Positions 48,401 through 56,721 of a stretch of 64,000 nucleotides of DNA are shown here, piece by piece. Position 1 is the stretch's first letter; the number at the start of each line of letters is the position of its first letter. Location of the stretch: positions 4,160,001 to 4,224,000 of the forward strand of contig CBDETK010000013.1 in the NCBI GenBank assembly GCA_965242865.1, given 5' to 3'. This DNA comes from Candidatus Latescibacterota bacterium (GTDB lineage: Bacteria; Latescibacterota; UBA2968; UBA8231). The notes below the pieces were generated by a model. The model worked only from the letters and a program-made list of their open reading frames with translations, was not told the origin of the DNA and searched no databases. The position numbers were made by a program, and so were the translations under genes.

Positions 48401-50976
48401 ATAGCGATGACGAGGGCAACGAGACGATCATGCTCAACGGGTCCACGCCGGGCCTGACGAGCGGCTCAGCCCAAATCACGATTTCCGACGCCGCGGTTGT
48501 AGATGGTAATGGTGATGGTGATGACACAGGTCCGCAACCGCTCGCTTTTGCCGAGGAGGCTTCTATTGCCGATCAGCAGTACACCGCTGGTACGGAGATT
48601 GAAGCCATGGAACTACCGGCGGCATCGGGCGGTACGGGCGACGTTGCGTATAGCGTCTCCGAACTGCCGGCGGGCCTGTCGTTTGACGCGGCTACGCGCA
48701 TGCTTTCGGGCACGCCCGAAGCGGCCACCGAAGAGGCTGTCGAAGTTACCTACACGGCGATGGCGGGCGAAGAGTCCGCAACCCTGACCTTCTCCATCAT
48801 GGTCAACCAGCCGCTAGAACCCTTTAACTTTGGCGATTTCTTTGGCATGTTCAATAATGGGGGTGCTGGCAAGGCCAATCCCGCGGATGAGCACGGGGAG
48901 GACGGAGTTATCCGGGCGGTCGTTGGCGAGGCGTACTCGCTGACGCTGCCCGAGGTCATGGGCGGTACGCCGCCGCTGACCTACAGCGTGTCGGGGCTAC
49001 CGGCGGGCCTGTCGTTTGACTCGGCCACGCGGACGATTTCGGGTACGCCCGAAGCCGTAAGCGACGCGCCGGTAACCGTCACCTACACGGTTACAGACGC
49101 CGCGGGTGCTTCCAGTTCCGTGCCGTTCCAGTTCGCAGTCATGCCGCCTTCTTTGGACGCTCCGGACGCGGTGGTAGCCGCAGATTACATGGGTGCTGAC
49201 GGTTCGGGCGACCAAGGTGGCTTTGTGCTGCTGACGTGGGACTTGTCCACTGATCACCACACGCTCGACGGCTATCGCGTCTTCCGCGAGATGCCCGTGT
49301 TGGGCGGCGAGATGATGCCTTGGGCCATGGTGGATGCAGTGCCGGGTGTTGCTGTCGGCCGCGCTATCGTCGCGACGCTCGACAATGTTGCGACCAACTG
49401 GGGCATTGCGGCCGAGCGCGGCAACCTGACCACGCATGCGACCGCTAAGGCCGTGTTTGTTCGCGCCGGCGATATGAGCCAGTCCTACGAGCAGATGGCT
49501 GAGACGCTGATGGCCAGCCGCGAGGCGATTCAAGCCGGTGACGCGCCGGTGTTCGCCACGCTGTTGCCGGAAGCCCTCGCCTTTGCCCAAGGCGTGGCTC
49601 CCAAGCTGAATCTCGTGGCCTCCGGGGCAGAGCGCTCGGCTCTGACCATTACCGAAGAGGCGGTGCGCGCTATCGACAATATCGCTCCGATGGCAGTGCC
49701 GACGCTTCAGGTATTGGACGCGCCCGGCGACGCCGGCGGTCGCATCGCGCTGACGTGGGCGCTGTCGCCTTCGGATCAGCTTTTGCAGGGCGTCGTTGCT
49801 GGGGCCTTGGGTCCGGCAACGGCTGAGCCTGTCGCTGGCGTCCATGGCTACGGCATCTATCGCCGCGCGGCCGGTGACGACGAGTTCGTCTTGGTCGGGC
49901 AGGTAGTTGCAGGGGCTACGTCGTTTGTCGATGAAACGGCACTCAACGGCGTGCGCTACACCTATCAGGTGCGGGCCTACGACGCAGACAACGAAACCGC
50001 TTCGGTTGAGCATACGGCGCTGGCCGTGCGCAATCAGGTGGTCGATAGCGAAGGCCGTGCATTGTATGGTCTGTTCGGCGCGGACAACCGCGTTGGCTTC
50101 GACGACTTCTTCCTCTTGGCCGATATGTTCGGTTTGACGGCCGAGGACGCTGCGTTTGACCCGGCGTTTGACTTAGTGTCGGGTGCTCAGCCGCAGATCG
50201 ACTTCGACGACTTCTTCGTCTTTGCCGATCACTTTGGTCGCAGCACGGGCGCGGCTGCCAAGCGCGTGCCCATGCAGGCTGGCCTGAATGCGGATGCGCG
50301 GTTGTATCTGGCGGCCCAGTCGGCACTGCCGAGCGTGGGTGAAGACTTTGTGCTCGATGTGCGTTTGGCGGATTTCGCCGCGATGCAGGGCTACGGCTTG
50401 CAGGTGCAGTATGAGGCTGACAAGCTGACGTTTGTCGAGGTGTCAACCGACCGGCCGTTGGGCGGTGGTGAGTTGGCCGCTCCGCAGGTGTTGTCCGACG
50501 CGAGCGGGGTGTTGACGCTGGCGGCGCACGGCGAGGTGTTGTCCGATGGCGAAGTCGGGTTGCAGTTGGTGTTCCGCGCTGCGACCGAGATCGAGGACAC
50601 GGTCGTTGAGATTACCGCCAGCGAGCTAGCCGATGGCGCGTTAGCGGTCAACCGGCTGGCACTGCCGGCGCCGGTGTCGTTGCAGACGCGGCCGGAAGTC
50701 TTTTCGCTGGTCGATAACTATCCGAACCCGTTCAACCCGGCGACGACGATTCGCTATGCGTTGCCGCAGGCTGCGGACGTGGAACTGACCGTGTATAACG
50801 TGGTTGGTCAGCCGGTTCGGACGCTGGTAGCTGAGTCGCAGAGTGCGGGTCGTTACGTGGTAGAGTGGGACGCGACCGATGACCGCGGGTACAGTGTGTC
50901 GTCGGGGATGTATTTCTACCGCTTACAGGCGGGCGATGCGTTCCTCCAAGTCAAGAAGATGCTGCTGCTCAAGTAA
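45484..50976 (+). CDS. Giant secreted/surface protein (Calx-beta-like repeats, 3 He_PIG Ig repeats, FN3-like, EF-hand/dockerin-like pair, cohesin-like, C-terminal FlgD-Ig/T9SS-like domain)
   Basis: Signal peptide; LTI.AGE/I.DDE repeats; LPAGL(T/S)FD.ATR..SGTP x3; GFDDFFLLAD/DFDDFFVFAD; NYPNPFNP...KKMLLLK. Confidence 0.85.
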   Translation: MIHMKSLIRRLAGGSWLLAAGLVLGWEGAASAVEITLSLDKTKVREDAGKTMITAKAKVAADAAADIAVVLSLDDATNAQNDRYRISKLPTIIIPKGKKEATGEITFTPINDKLRGTNYQNNGADDDLDIDIEGDAGSSHTVVPSGGVTLTLVDDDKISDSFDLSFDPGDLSNEASSTSVTVTGALNGSLSGVNATYTLAFRNAVSIDVTDFPHATDDAGRDTLILTRDSDYAATAASLTLRKKRVSGRATISIDPKESKKYDAYIALEAVGSDTLKGIDLNLDGDTGDSYSLTAQAWDHDSDGGTTPEINRYILLETTLAGGTGAGLIDYGDLGVDEVGTDGPEGGNDNVWESQVGIDLNLDGDLTGDQDFRLLASGNCPTDTDEDGTGCVLREADLKFVVNRPPAFFKIKDAAIADVKSDGLAATPAMVRENAGRTEIELKVTLKAAVSNDQSVRFTINTGADCVGDFDCAGSRDIHYTVDVDDLTITAGETSATTTLVLTPVDNTGVTGSRGFQVEAKVGAGDTAGRANITIVDDETLTDTITLSATPNELKAETGAQDVTVTGTLNGKVFDDDVTVTLIISRDGPDEGTATDDNAAQRDTDYTASLRSLTIPAGEVSGTSTVSITPLAGGDKKIFLTQLKSPVKNDDDEDVNTTIATITLKDADAAATPTDPDALSFGSIDLGSTVFEYTVGMEIEPEVLPAAEGGTGDKRYSVSATLPAGLTFDPATRTISGTPMAKGEAPVIYTVLDDDDSAAMSFKIEVSEAPPVTTSVASVTASHSSVRENGAMTEIGITATLSAASENAETVRFTIGAPSEGALAVRDVDFTASISGSVVIAAGETQGRTMLSLTPIDNDAVDGNKYFGVEASASGGSAKTDIKIADDETASTSISLSAVPHTLSEDDGVTAIAVTATLDGKVLEGDITVTLSVDPASAATRDVDYSALFNPLLVIPAGSISNSVNLLIDPTADSDDEGNETIMLNGSTPGLTSGSAQITISDAAVVDGNGDGDDTGPQPLAFAEEASIADQQYTAGTEIEAMELPAASGGTGDVAYSVSELPAGLSFDAATRMLSGTPEAATEEAVEVTYTAMAGEESATLTFSIMVNQPLEPFNFGDFFGMFNNGGAGKANPADEHGEDGVIRAVVGEAYSLTLPEVMGGTPPLTYSVSGLPAGLSFDSATRTISGTPEAVSDAPVTVTYTVTDAAGASSSVPFQFAVMPPSLDAPDAVVAADYMGADGSGDQGGFVLLTWDLSTDHHTLDGYRVFREMPVLGGEMMPWAMVDAVPGVAVGRAIVATLDNVATNWGIAAERGNLTTHATAKAVFVRAGDMSQSYEQMAETLMASREAIQAGDAPVFATLLPEALAFAQGVAPKLNLVASGAERSALTITEEAVRAIDNIAPMAVPTLQVLDAPGDAGGRIALTWALSPSDQLLQGVVAGALGPATAEPVAGVHGYGIYRRAAGDDEFVLVGQVVAGATSFVDETALNGVRYTYQVRAYDADNETASVEHTALAVRNQVVDSEGRALYGLFGADNRVGFDDFFLLADMFGLTAEDAAFDPAFDLVSGAQPQIDFDDFFVFADHFGRSTGAAAKRVPMQAGLNADARLYLAAQSALPSVGEDFVLDVRLADFAAMQGYGLQVQYEADKLTFVEVSTDRPLGGGELAAPQVLSDASGVLTLAAHGEVLSDGEVGLQLVFRAATEIEDTVVEITASELADGALAVNRLALPAPVSLQTRPEVFSLVDNYPNPFNPATTIRYALPQAADVELTVYNVVGQPVRTLVAESQSAGRYVVEWDATDDRGYSVSSGMYFYRLQAGDAFLQVKKMLLLK

Positions 50977-50998
50977 ACGACCCTACTGCACAGCGCGT

Positions 50999-51045
50999 TA
51001 GTGAAATGGGACCTCAAACCTCAAATTTGGGGTCCTATTTCACTA
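50999..51045. terminator. Long hairpin after the giant protein gene
   Basis: TAGTGAAATGGGACC...GGTCCTATTTCACTA. Confidence 0.7.
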
Positions 51046-51097
51046 TATAAATCAACAGGTTCCGATTTTCCGATTACTAATAGAAGGAGAAGCAACC

Positions 51098-53143
51098 ATG
51101 CAGAACAGCGTGCGCAAGATGTTTCCTCTTGCCATCGCCCTGTTGCTCGCACTTTGTGGAGCCGCTATCGCCGGGGACAATGCGAATGTCGTCATTTCGC
51201 TGGACAGTGGGGAGCATGTCGCCGCTGGTTCTAGTGAACAAATTCAGGTGGAGTTGTCGGCTGCCGGAATGGTCGGGGTCAAGCAGTTTGATGTTACCCT
51301 GACGGCCTCTCCGCCTGATGCCTTTGATCTGGCGGCGACGACCTTTACCTCGGCTTTTGGCTTTTCGCCCGGCGTGGAATTGCTAGGGGATGGGCTGATC
51401 AAAAGCGGTGCGGCCACTCTCGGTGAGACAGTAGATGGCGATAGTGCTTTGGGTGTTTTTACCCTCACGACGTCGAGTAGCTTTAGCCAAAATGACTCTG
51501 GGGCTGTGGTGGTGATTAACGTGTCCCTCGGGTCGTCGTCTGTGGACCGGGATGTCCTTGAGCCGTTAGGGCTTGAACTGATCGTCAATCTGCCGGTGTA
51601 CCAGCCGATGCTGGTAGCCACTTCGTCGCTTACTGCGAATCCGGCCTATTCTCCGGTCGGTGCCGGTGCGGTTGCCGATGGCAGCCCGGGCGAACTCGAG
51701 TTCGCGGTCAATTTCGCGGACTATAAAGGTAGGGCCACCAAGGGCCAGCCCATTGCTTGGGACATCACCAACGAGGGGTCTAAGTCGGTCTATCTGCTCG
51801 GAGTCGGAGAGGTGCCCTCTGGGGCGTATGTATGCCTGCGGAATGTGACCGATGCGGCTGGCGATGCGGCCATTCAGTTTGATTGCGAAGGCAACCTAAA
51901 AGCGGCGGCCACGTCGCTCGATGTGCGCGCCCGCACGACCGCGGGGAATTCGGCCGGTGAGTCTAGCGACTTGGCGGTTGACTTCAACGCCACTTGGGCG
52001 GTGCCGGACGCCGATCAATTGATGTTCGTCTCGCAGGTTTCCCTCGATAGCGAGGACGAGATCGTCGCGGGTGCGGGGGAACAAGTCCCCGTGGCTTTGT
52101 CGGCGGCCGGGCTAGTCGGCGTAGAGCAGGTTTCGGTCACCTTGCACGTGTCGCCGGCCGATGCCTTTGACCTAGCGGCTACCACGTTTGCGGGTTCCGC
52201 TGCGTTTAATTTGTCGGCCCCGGCCGTGGAAGTTGCCGAGGGCCAAGTGCGGGGCGGCGCGGTGGTGATTGAGGCCGCCGTAGATGGCGATGGCGAGTTG
52301 GGGATGTTTACCCTCGTCACAGCGGACGACTTTAGCACCGAGGCCGAGGCCGAGATTGTGGTCAACAGCGTCTCGATCGGCTCGGCGTCCGATATGCGCG
52401 ATGCCTTGGATGCCGAGTTATTGGGTCTCAGCGTGTACATCAACCGGCCCGATCCGGTGCTGGTAGCCACTGCGCCGCTAGTGGGCAACGCGCTGATTTC
52501 TGGTGCCGAGGCGGGAGCGGTTGATGACGGCAGCCCCGGTGAGATCGAGTACTCGGTCCATTTCACCGATCGCTGGGGCGATTCGGGTGAGGGTCAGCTC
52601 ATCTCGTGGGACATTTACAACCGCAGCGCGCAGTCGGTGTCTGTGATCAACATCGGCACGATTCCCGCCGGTGGCAGCGCGTTCTTGCGCACTACCACCG
52701 ATGCCGACGGCAATTCGTCCATTGAGGTTGACGCCGAGGTCGTGTCTTTCCTCAGCATTCAGGCGAGTACCACCACGGAGAATGCTGCTGGCAATACCCT
52801 TGACTTGGCGGTTGACTTCAGTGCCGCTTGGGCCGCGGCCAAGCCGCTCGCGGCCGTGCCTTTGGCCAATTCGCTGAGTCAGAACTATCCCAACCCTTTC
52901 AACCCGGAAACCACGATTCGCTACGATCTGAGCAGCGACGCTATCGTCTCCTTGGCGATTTACAACATCGCGGGTCAGGTCGTGCGCAAGCTGGTTGACG
53001 GCGAGTCGCTGGCCGCAGGTCAGTACCAAGCCGTGTGGGATGGCCGGAACGAAAGCGGCGCTAGCGTCGCCAGCGGCATGTATTTTTACTTGTTCCGTGC
53101 TGGCGATTACGTAGCGAAGCGCAAGATGGTGCTGCTCAGGTAG
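51098..53143 (+). CDS. Secreted protein with two tandem cohesin/Ig-like modules and a C-terminal FlgD-Ig/T9SS-like domain
   Basis: Signal peptide; duplicated SLDS...LSAAG.VGV...DAFDLAATTF...DGSPGE...DLAVDF.A.WA; NYPNPFNPETTIRY. Confidence 0.8.
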   Translation: MQNSVRKMFPLAIALLLALCGAAIAGDNANVVISLDSGEHVAAGSSEQIQVELSAAGMVGVKQFDVTLTASPPDAFDLAATTFTSAFGFSPGVELLGDGLIKSGAATLGETVDGDSALGVFTLTTSSSFSQNDSGAVVVINVSLGSSSVDRDVLEPLGLELIVNLPVYQPMLVATSSLTANPAYSPVGAGAVADGSPGELEFAVNFADYKGRATKGQPIAWDITNEGSKSVYLLGVGEVPSGAYVCLRNVTDAAGDAAIQFDCEGNLKAAATSLDVRARTTAGNSAGESSDLAVDFNATWAVPDADQLMFVSQVSLDSEDEIVAGAGEQVPVALSAAGLVGVEQVSVTLHVSPADAFDLAATTFAGSAAFNLSAPAVEVAEGQVRGGAVVIEAAVDGDGELGMFTLVTADDFSTEAEAEIVVNSVSIGSASDMRDALDAELLGLSVYINRPDPVLVATAPLVGNALISGAEAGAVDDGSPGEIEYSVHFTDRWGDSGEGQLISWDIYNRSAQSVSVINIGTIPAGGSAFLRTTTDADGNSSIEVDAEVVSFLSIQASTTTENAAGNTLDLAVDFSAAWAAAKPLAAVPLANSLSQNYPNPFNPETTIRYDLSSDAIVSLAIYNIAGQVVRKLVDGESLAAGQYQAVWDGRNESGASVASGMYFYLFRAGDYVAKRKMVLLR

Positions 53144-53190
53144 TTCCGCAGTTCCTTCCTTCCTTAGGTGGACAACAGCAGTAGTCAGTG

Positions 53191-53229
53191 AGTGAAATGG
53201 GGCCTCAAAAGGGTCCCATTTCCTTTTTT
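53191..53229 (+). terminator. Intrinsic terminator related in sequence to 50999-51045
   Basis: GAAATGGGGCC-TCAAAAG-GGTCCCATTTC followed by a T run. Confidence 0.75.
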
Positions 53230-53271
53230 GGCACGGCCCGTTGCACAAGGCCGCGGCGTTTGCGACTGAAT

Positions 53272-53517
53272 ATGAAAATCAGGGTCTTATTTTTTGCTTC
53301 CTGCCGCGATGCAGTCGGCCACAGAAGCTGCGACTGGGAGATTGCGGAAGGCTACCGGGTCGCGGATTTGCAGCGGGAGCTCGTGGCCGCGTATCCGCAA
53401 CTGGGCGCCGTGCAGCCGGTGTTGTCGATTGCAGTCAATTCCGAGTACGCGGGAAACCACACCGTGTTAAAGGCGGGCGATGAGGTGGCTCTTATTCCGC
53501 CGGTAAGTGGGGGCTAA
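53272..53517 (+). CDS. moaD: Molybdopterin synthase sulfur carrier subunit
   Basis: MKIRVLFFA...AVN.EY...IPPVSGG C-terminus; upstream of moaE. Confidence 0.92.
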   Translation: MKIRVLFFASCRDAVGHRSCDWEIAEGYRVADLQRELVAAYPQLGAVQPVLSIAVNSEYAGNHTVLKAGDEVALIPPVSGG

Positions 53518-53935
53518 CGTGTTCAGAATTACCGAAGAGCCGATTGAACCCGGCGATTTGTTTGTCAAGGTGGTGCGCGCTGAAAATGGTGCGGTGGCCA
53601 CGTTTGCCGGGGTGGTGCGCAATCACTCCGGGGACAAGCAAACCGATTACTTGGTGTACGAAGCGTATCCGGCTATGGCCGAGAAGAAGATGGCGGCGAT
53701 TGGCGACGAGTTGAAGGCGCAGTGGGGCGTCGTGGATGTTGCGATGATTCACCGAGTGGGGAAGGTCGAAATCGGGGAAATCAGCGTGTTAATTGCCGTG
53801 GCTAGCCCTCATCGGGCCGAGGCGCTGGCCGCGTGTCAGTACGCCATTGATCGGCTCAAGCAGATCGTGCCAATATGGAAGAAGGAAGTGGGAGTCGAGG
53901 GGGAGAGCTGGGTTGAAGGGCCGCAGGGAGCCTAG
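53507..53935 (+). CDS. moaE: Molybdopterin synthase catalytic subunit
   Basis: GAVATFAGVVR, YEAY, HRVG, SPHR, PIWKKE. Confidence 0.95.
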   Translation: MGANVFRITEEPIEPGDLFVKVVRAENGAVATFAGVVRNHSGDKQTDYLVYEAYPAMAEKKMAAIGDELKAQWGVVDVAMIHRVGKVEIGEISVLIAVASPHRAEALAACQYAIDRLKQIVPIWKKEVGVEGESWVEGPQGA

Positions 53936-53936
53936 T

Positions 53937-54407
53937 ATGGTGTTCAATTTTGGTTGGCTATTGGAAGGTCGGTTGGCAGGTGCTGGGCAGATTGGTGGTT
54001 GGGATGGGAACGAGGAGCTAGCGGACGATCTCGATTTGCTGGCGGCGCAGGGCGTAAAGGCGATTGTGTCGCTGACTGCAACTGCTCTGCAGACGAGGGA
54101 GGTGGCGGCGCGCAATATGGCGTACCTGCACTTGCCCATACGAGACATGGAGCCGCCGTCGCTCGGGGATATACGGGCCTTTGTCCAATTCGTCGATGAG
54201 GCGGTCGAGCAGGGACAGCCCGTGACGGTCCATTGCAGCGCGGGGTTGGGGCGCACGGGTACGATGCTGGCGAGTTATTTGGTGCGGATGGGCAGCAGCG
54301 CGACGGCCGCCCTGACGCAGGTGCGGAACCTGCGCCCCGGTTCGGTAGAAACAGCCGCCCAAGAACGAGCCGTATATGAATACGCCGCGCATCTTGGGCA
54401 ACTGTAA
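53937..54407 (+). CDS. Dual-specificity protein phosphatase
   Basis: VHCSAGLGRTG (CX5R); RPGSVET. Confidence 0.9.
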   Translation: MVFNFGWLLEGRLAGAGQIGGWDGNEELADDLDLLAAQGVKAIVSLTATALQTREVAARNMAYLHLPIRDMEPPSLGDIRAFVQFVDEAVEQGQPVTVHCSAGLGRTGTMLASYLVRMGSSATAALTQVRNLRPGSVETAAQERAVYEYAAHLGQL

Positions 54408-54436
54408 TTGACATAGCAGGGTGGCACGAGTACATT
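54408..54436 (+). promoter_or_regulatory. sigma70-type promoter
   Basis: TTGACA 54408-54413, 17-bp spacer, TACATT 54431-54436. Confidence 0.65.
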
Positions 54437-54491
54437 GAATGCAAGCTATGGTTCCTAGCGGCTATACGCCAAAACTAAAAGAGAGGGCCGG

Positions 54492-54686
54492 ATGGAAAAA
54501 ATTGATTTTCCTGAGTGTTTGAAGTGCAAGGAAAGCGTTTTAATCCCGCTTTCCGACTATGGAAGAGACGGCGCGGCGATTCACTACAAAGCGTGGGCCT
54601 GCACGAATCCAAGTTGCGGCTACCACATCCGAATAGACAACGGCGAGTTGAGTATCGGCGAGGAACTCAAGCGGTCGTTTAAGTAA
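54492..54686 (+). CDS. Small zinc-ribbon-like hypothetical protein
   Basis: CLKC...CTNPSC; own promoter and purine-rich RBS. Confidence 0.7.
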   Translation: MEKIDFPECLKCKESVLIPLSDYGRDGAAIHYKAWACTNPSCGYHIRIDNGELSIGEELKRSFK

Positions 54687-54776
54687 GCATCCCGCCTTCG
54701 CTTTTAGTGCGCGGTAAAAGCAGTAGATTACGAGAAGAGGCCCCCTTTTGCGGAGCCTTTTCTTCTATGGGGTCCA

Positions 54777-55709
54777 TTGTTGGCCAACATCAGTATAAGC
54801 AATTGGGGAATCAGGGCCGGCGCACTGGTGCTATCGTGTGCGCTATGGCTTCACGCGGTAACAGAGAAGTACTACGATAAAGAAATTGCAGTGCGCCTCT
54901 GGGTCGAAGTCCCCCCGCCGGGCGAGGGCGTGGAAGGGGATAGGGTGCTGGCCAGTGAAGTGCCTTCCACGGTTCGCGTCTTGGTCACAGGCGGGGGCAA
55001 AGATCTGTTGTTCGACTTGGACGACGATTCCTTTGTGCTAAAGTTGCGGGCCGAAGGCAAGGACCGAATTCACCGTTTGGCTCCCTCCCAAATCACAAAA
55101 CGGGCGGCCGACTTGGACGCCGAAGTCAAGGAAATCCTCGAACCAAAAGAAATTGCCATTGCCCTAGCGCCGAGGATGGAACGGGACGTGCCGGTGCGGG
55201 TGCAAGCGAGCATAGCCGCGGCCGCGGCCCACGTACAGGTGACGCCGGCACAAGCCGATCCCGCGCTCGTCCGGGTGATCGGTCCTCAGCAGCAGGTCGC
55301 AGCATTGCGTTACGTGGAGACGGATTCGCTGGTTTTGCAGGATGTCAGAGAAGACGTCGATGTGGAGTGGCCCTTGCGGCATCCCGAGCACACGCAACTC
55401 GCGTTTGTGCCCGAAGCCGTGCGCGTGCATGCCGCCGTGCAGATGATCGCCGAGGACGATTTAATGGAGGTGCCGATTGCGGTGCGCCATGTCGGCGAGT
55501 TGCGCTTGCGGCCCGAGCCGGCCACGGCCCAAGTCAAGGTGCGCGGCGGGATTGGCGTGATCACCCAACTCGATCCAGCCCGCGACATAGAGCTATACGT
55601 GGATTACGCCGAGTATCAGGGGAGTGCCTTGCCAGTGCATAGCGCGGAGACGCCGGTTTTTGAGGTGCGCCATATCTCGCCGGCATACGTTGACTTGGTG
55701 AGCTACTAG
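54777..55709 (+). CDS. YbbR/CdaR-like domain protein
   Basis: N-terminal TM (ALVLSCALW); repeated P..VRV.G motifs. Confidence 0.75.
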   Translation: MLANISISNWGIRAGALVLSCALWLHAVTEKYYDKEIAVRLWVEVPPPGEGVEGDRVLASEVPSTVRVLVTGGGKDLLFDLDDDSFVLKLRAEGKDRIHRLAPSQITKRAADLDAEVKEILEPKEIAIALAPRMERDVPVRVQASIAAAAAHVQVTPAQADPALVRVIGPQQQVAALRYVETDSLVLQDVREDVDVEWPLRHPEHTQLAFVPEAVRVHAAVQMIAEDDLMEVPIAVRHVGELRLRPEPATAQVKVRGGIGVITQLDPARDIELYVDYAEYQGSALPVHSAETPVFEVRHISPAYVDLVSY

Positions 55710-55710
55710 G

Positions 55711-56721
55711 ATGTTGGTGCTGGGGCTGGAGACCTCCTGCGATGAGACGGCCGCCGCGGTCGTCGATGAGTCGTTCGCCGTGCATTCCAATATCATCTTT
55801 TCGCAACAAGAGCACGCGCCGTACGGGGGCGTGGTGCCCGAGCTGGCTTCGCGGGCCCATATACGCACGTTGGTGCCGGTCATCCGGCAGGCCCTTGCGG
55901 CCGCGGGCACGGGTTGGGAAGAAGTGGATGGGGTGGCGGCGACGCGCGGGCCGGGCTTGGTCGGTTCGTTGATCGTGGGGCTGTCGCTGGCCAAAGGGTT
56001 GGCGTTGGCGCGCAATAAGCCGCTAGTCGGCGTCCACCACCTAGAGGCCCACGTGTTTTCCAACTTGATCGCCGCGCAGGTCGCAGTCCCCTTCCTGACG
56101 CTGCTGGTTTCGGGCGGGCACACCGAGTTGATCTTGGTGCGCGCCCTCGGCTCCTACGAGGTGCTGGGCCGGACGCGCGACGACGCAGCCGGCGAGGCAT
56201 TTGACAAAGTCGCCAAGTTGCTGGGGCTCCTGCCCGGGGAGGGAGCGGTGGCCGGTGGCCGGCTCGTGGCCGAGCTGGCTGGGGATGGCGATCCCACTGC
56301 CATTGACTTTCCCCGCGCCCTCGCGGGCGAGCTGGATTTCAGCTTCAGCGGCCTAAAAACCTCGGTGTTGCACTACGTGCACTCGCTTACCCCGCAAGCG
56401 CGGACGCAGCAGCTCGCCCATATTGCCGCCAGCTTCCAAGAAGCCGTAGTAGATGCCTTAGTCGCCAAGACCTTGTTGGCCTTGGACCGAGCAGACGTTG
56501 CAACCGTTTGCCTCGCGGGCGGCGTGGCCGCCAACCAGCGTTTGCGCCAGGGCCTGCGTGCCGCAGTGGAGGACCGCGGCCTATCGTTCCATTGCCCGGC
56601 GTACGATCTGTGTACGGACAATGCCGCCATGGTGGGAGCCGTTGGAGCCTTCTACCTCAGCCGCGGTGTCTGCGATAGTCTCGATGTGGACGTCGCCCCC
56701 CGCCTGAGCTGGCGTGTCTGA
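55711..56721 (+). CDS. tsaD: tRNA N6-threonylcarbamoyltransferase
   Basis: LETSCDET, GGVVPELASRAH, HHLEAH, SGGHT, DDAAGEAFDK, FSFSGLK, TDNAAM. Confidence 0.97.
   Translation: MLVLGLETSCDETAAAVVDESFAVHSNIIFSQQEHAPYGGVVPELASRAHIRTLVPVIRQALAAAGTGWEEVDGVAATRGPGLVGSLIVGLSLAKGLALARNKPLVGVHHLEAHVFSNLIAAQVAVPFLTLLVSGGHTELILVRALGSYEVLGRTRDDAAGEAFDKVAKLLGLLPGEGAVAGGRLVAELAGDGDPTAIDFPRALAGELDFSFSGLKTSVLHYVHSLTPQARTQQLAHIAASFQEAVVDALVAKTLLALDRADVATVCLAGGVAANQRLRQGLRAAVEDRGLSFHCPAYDLCTDNAAMVGAVGAFYLSRGVCDSLDVDVAPRLSWRV

Noticed and set aside
53272-53517. Ubiquitin-like partner of the CBASS E2
   Set aside because: It is a standard MoaD overlapping moaE, 46 kb from the CBASS operon.
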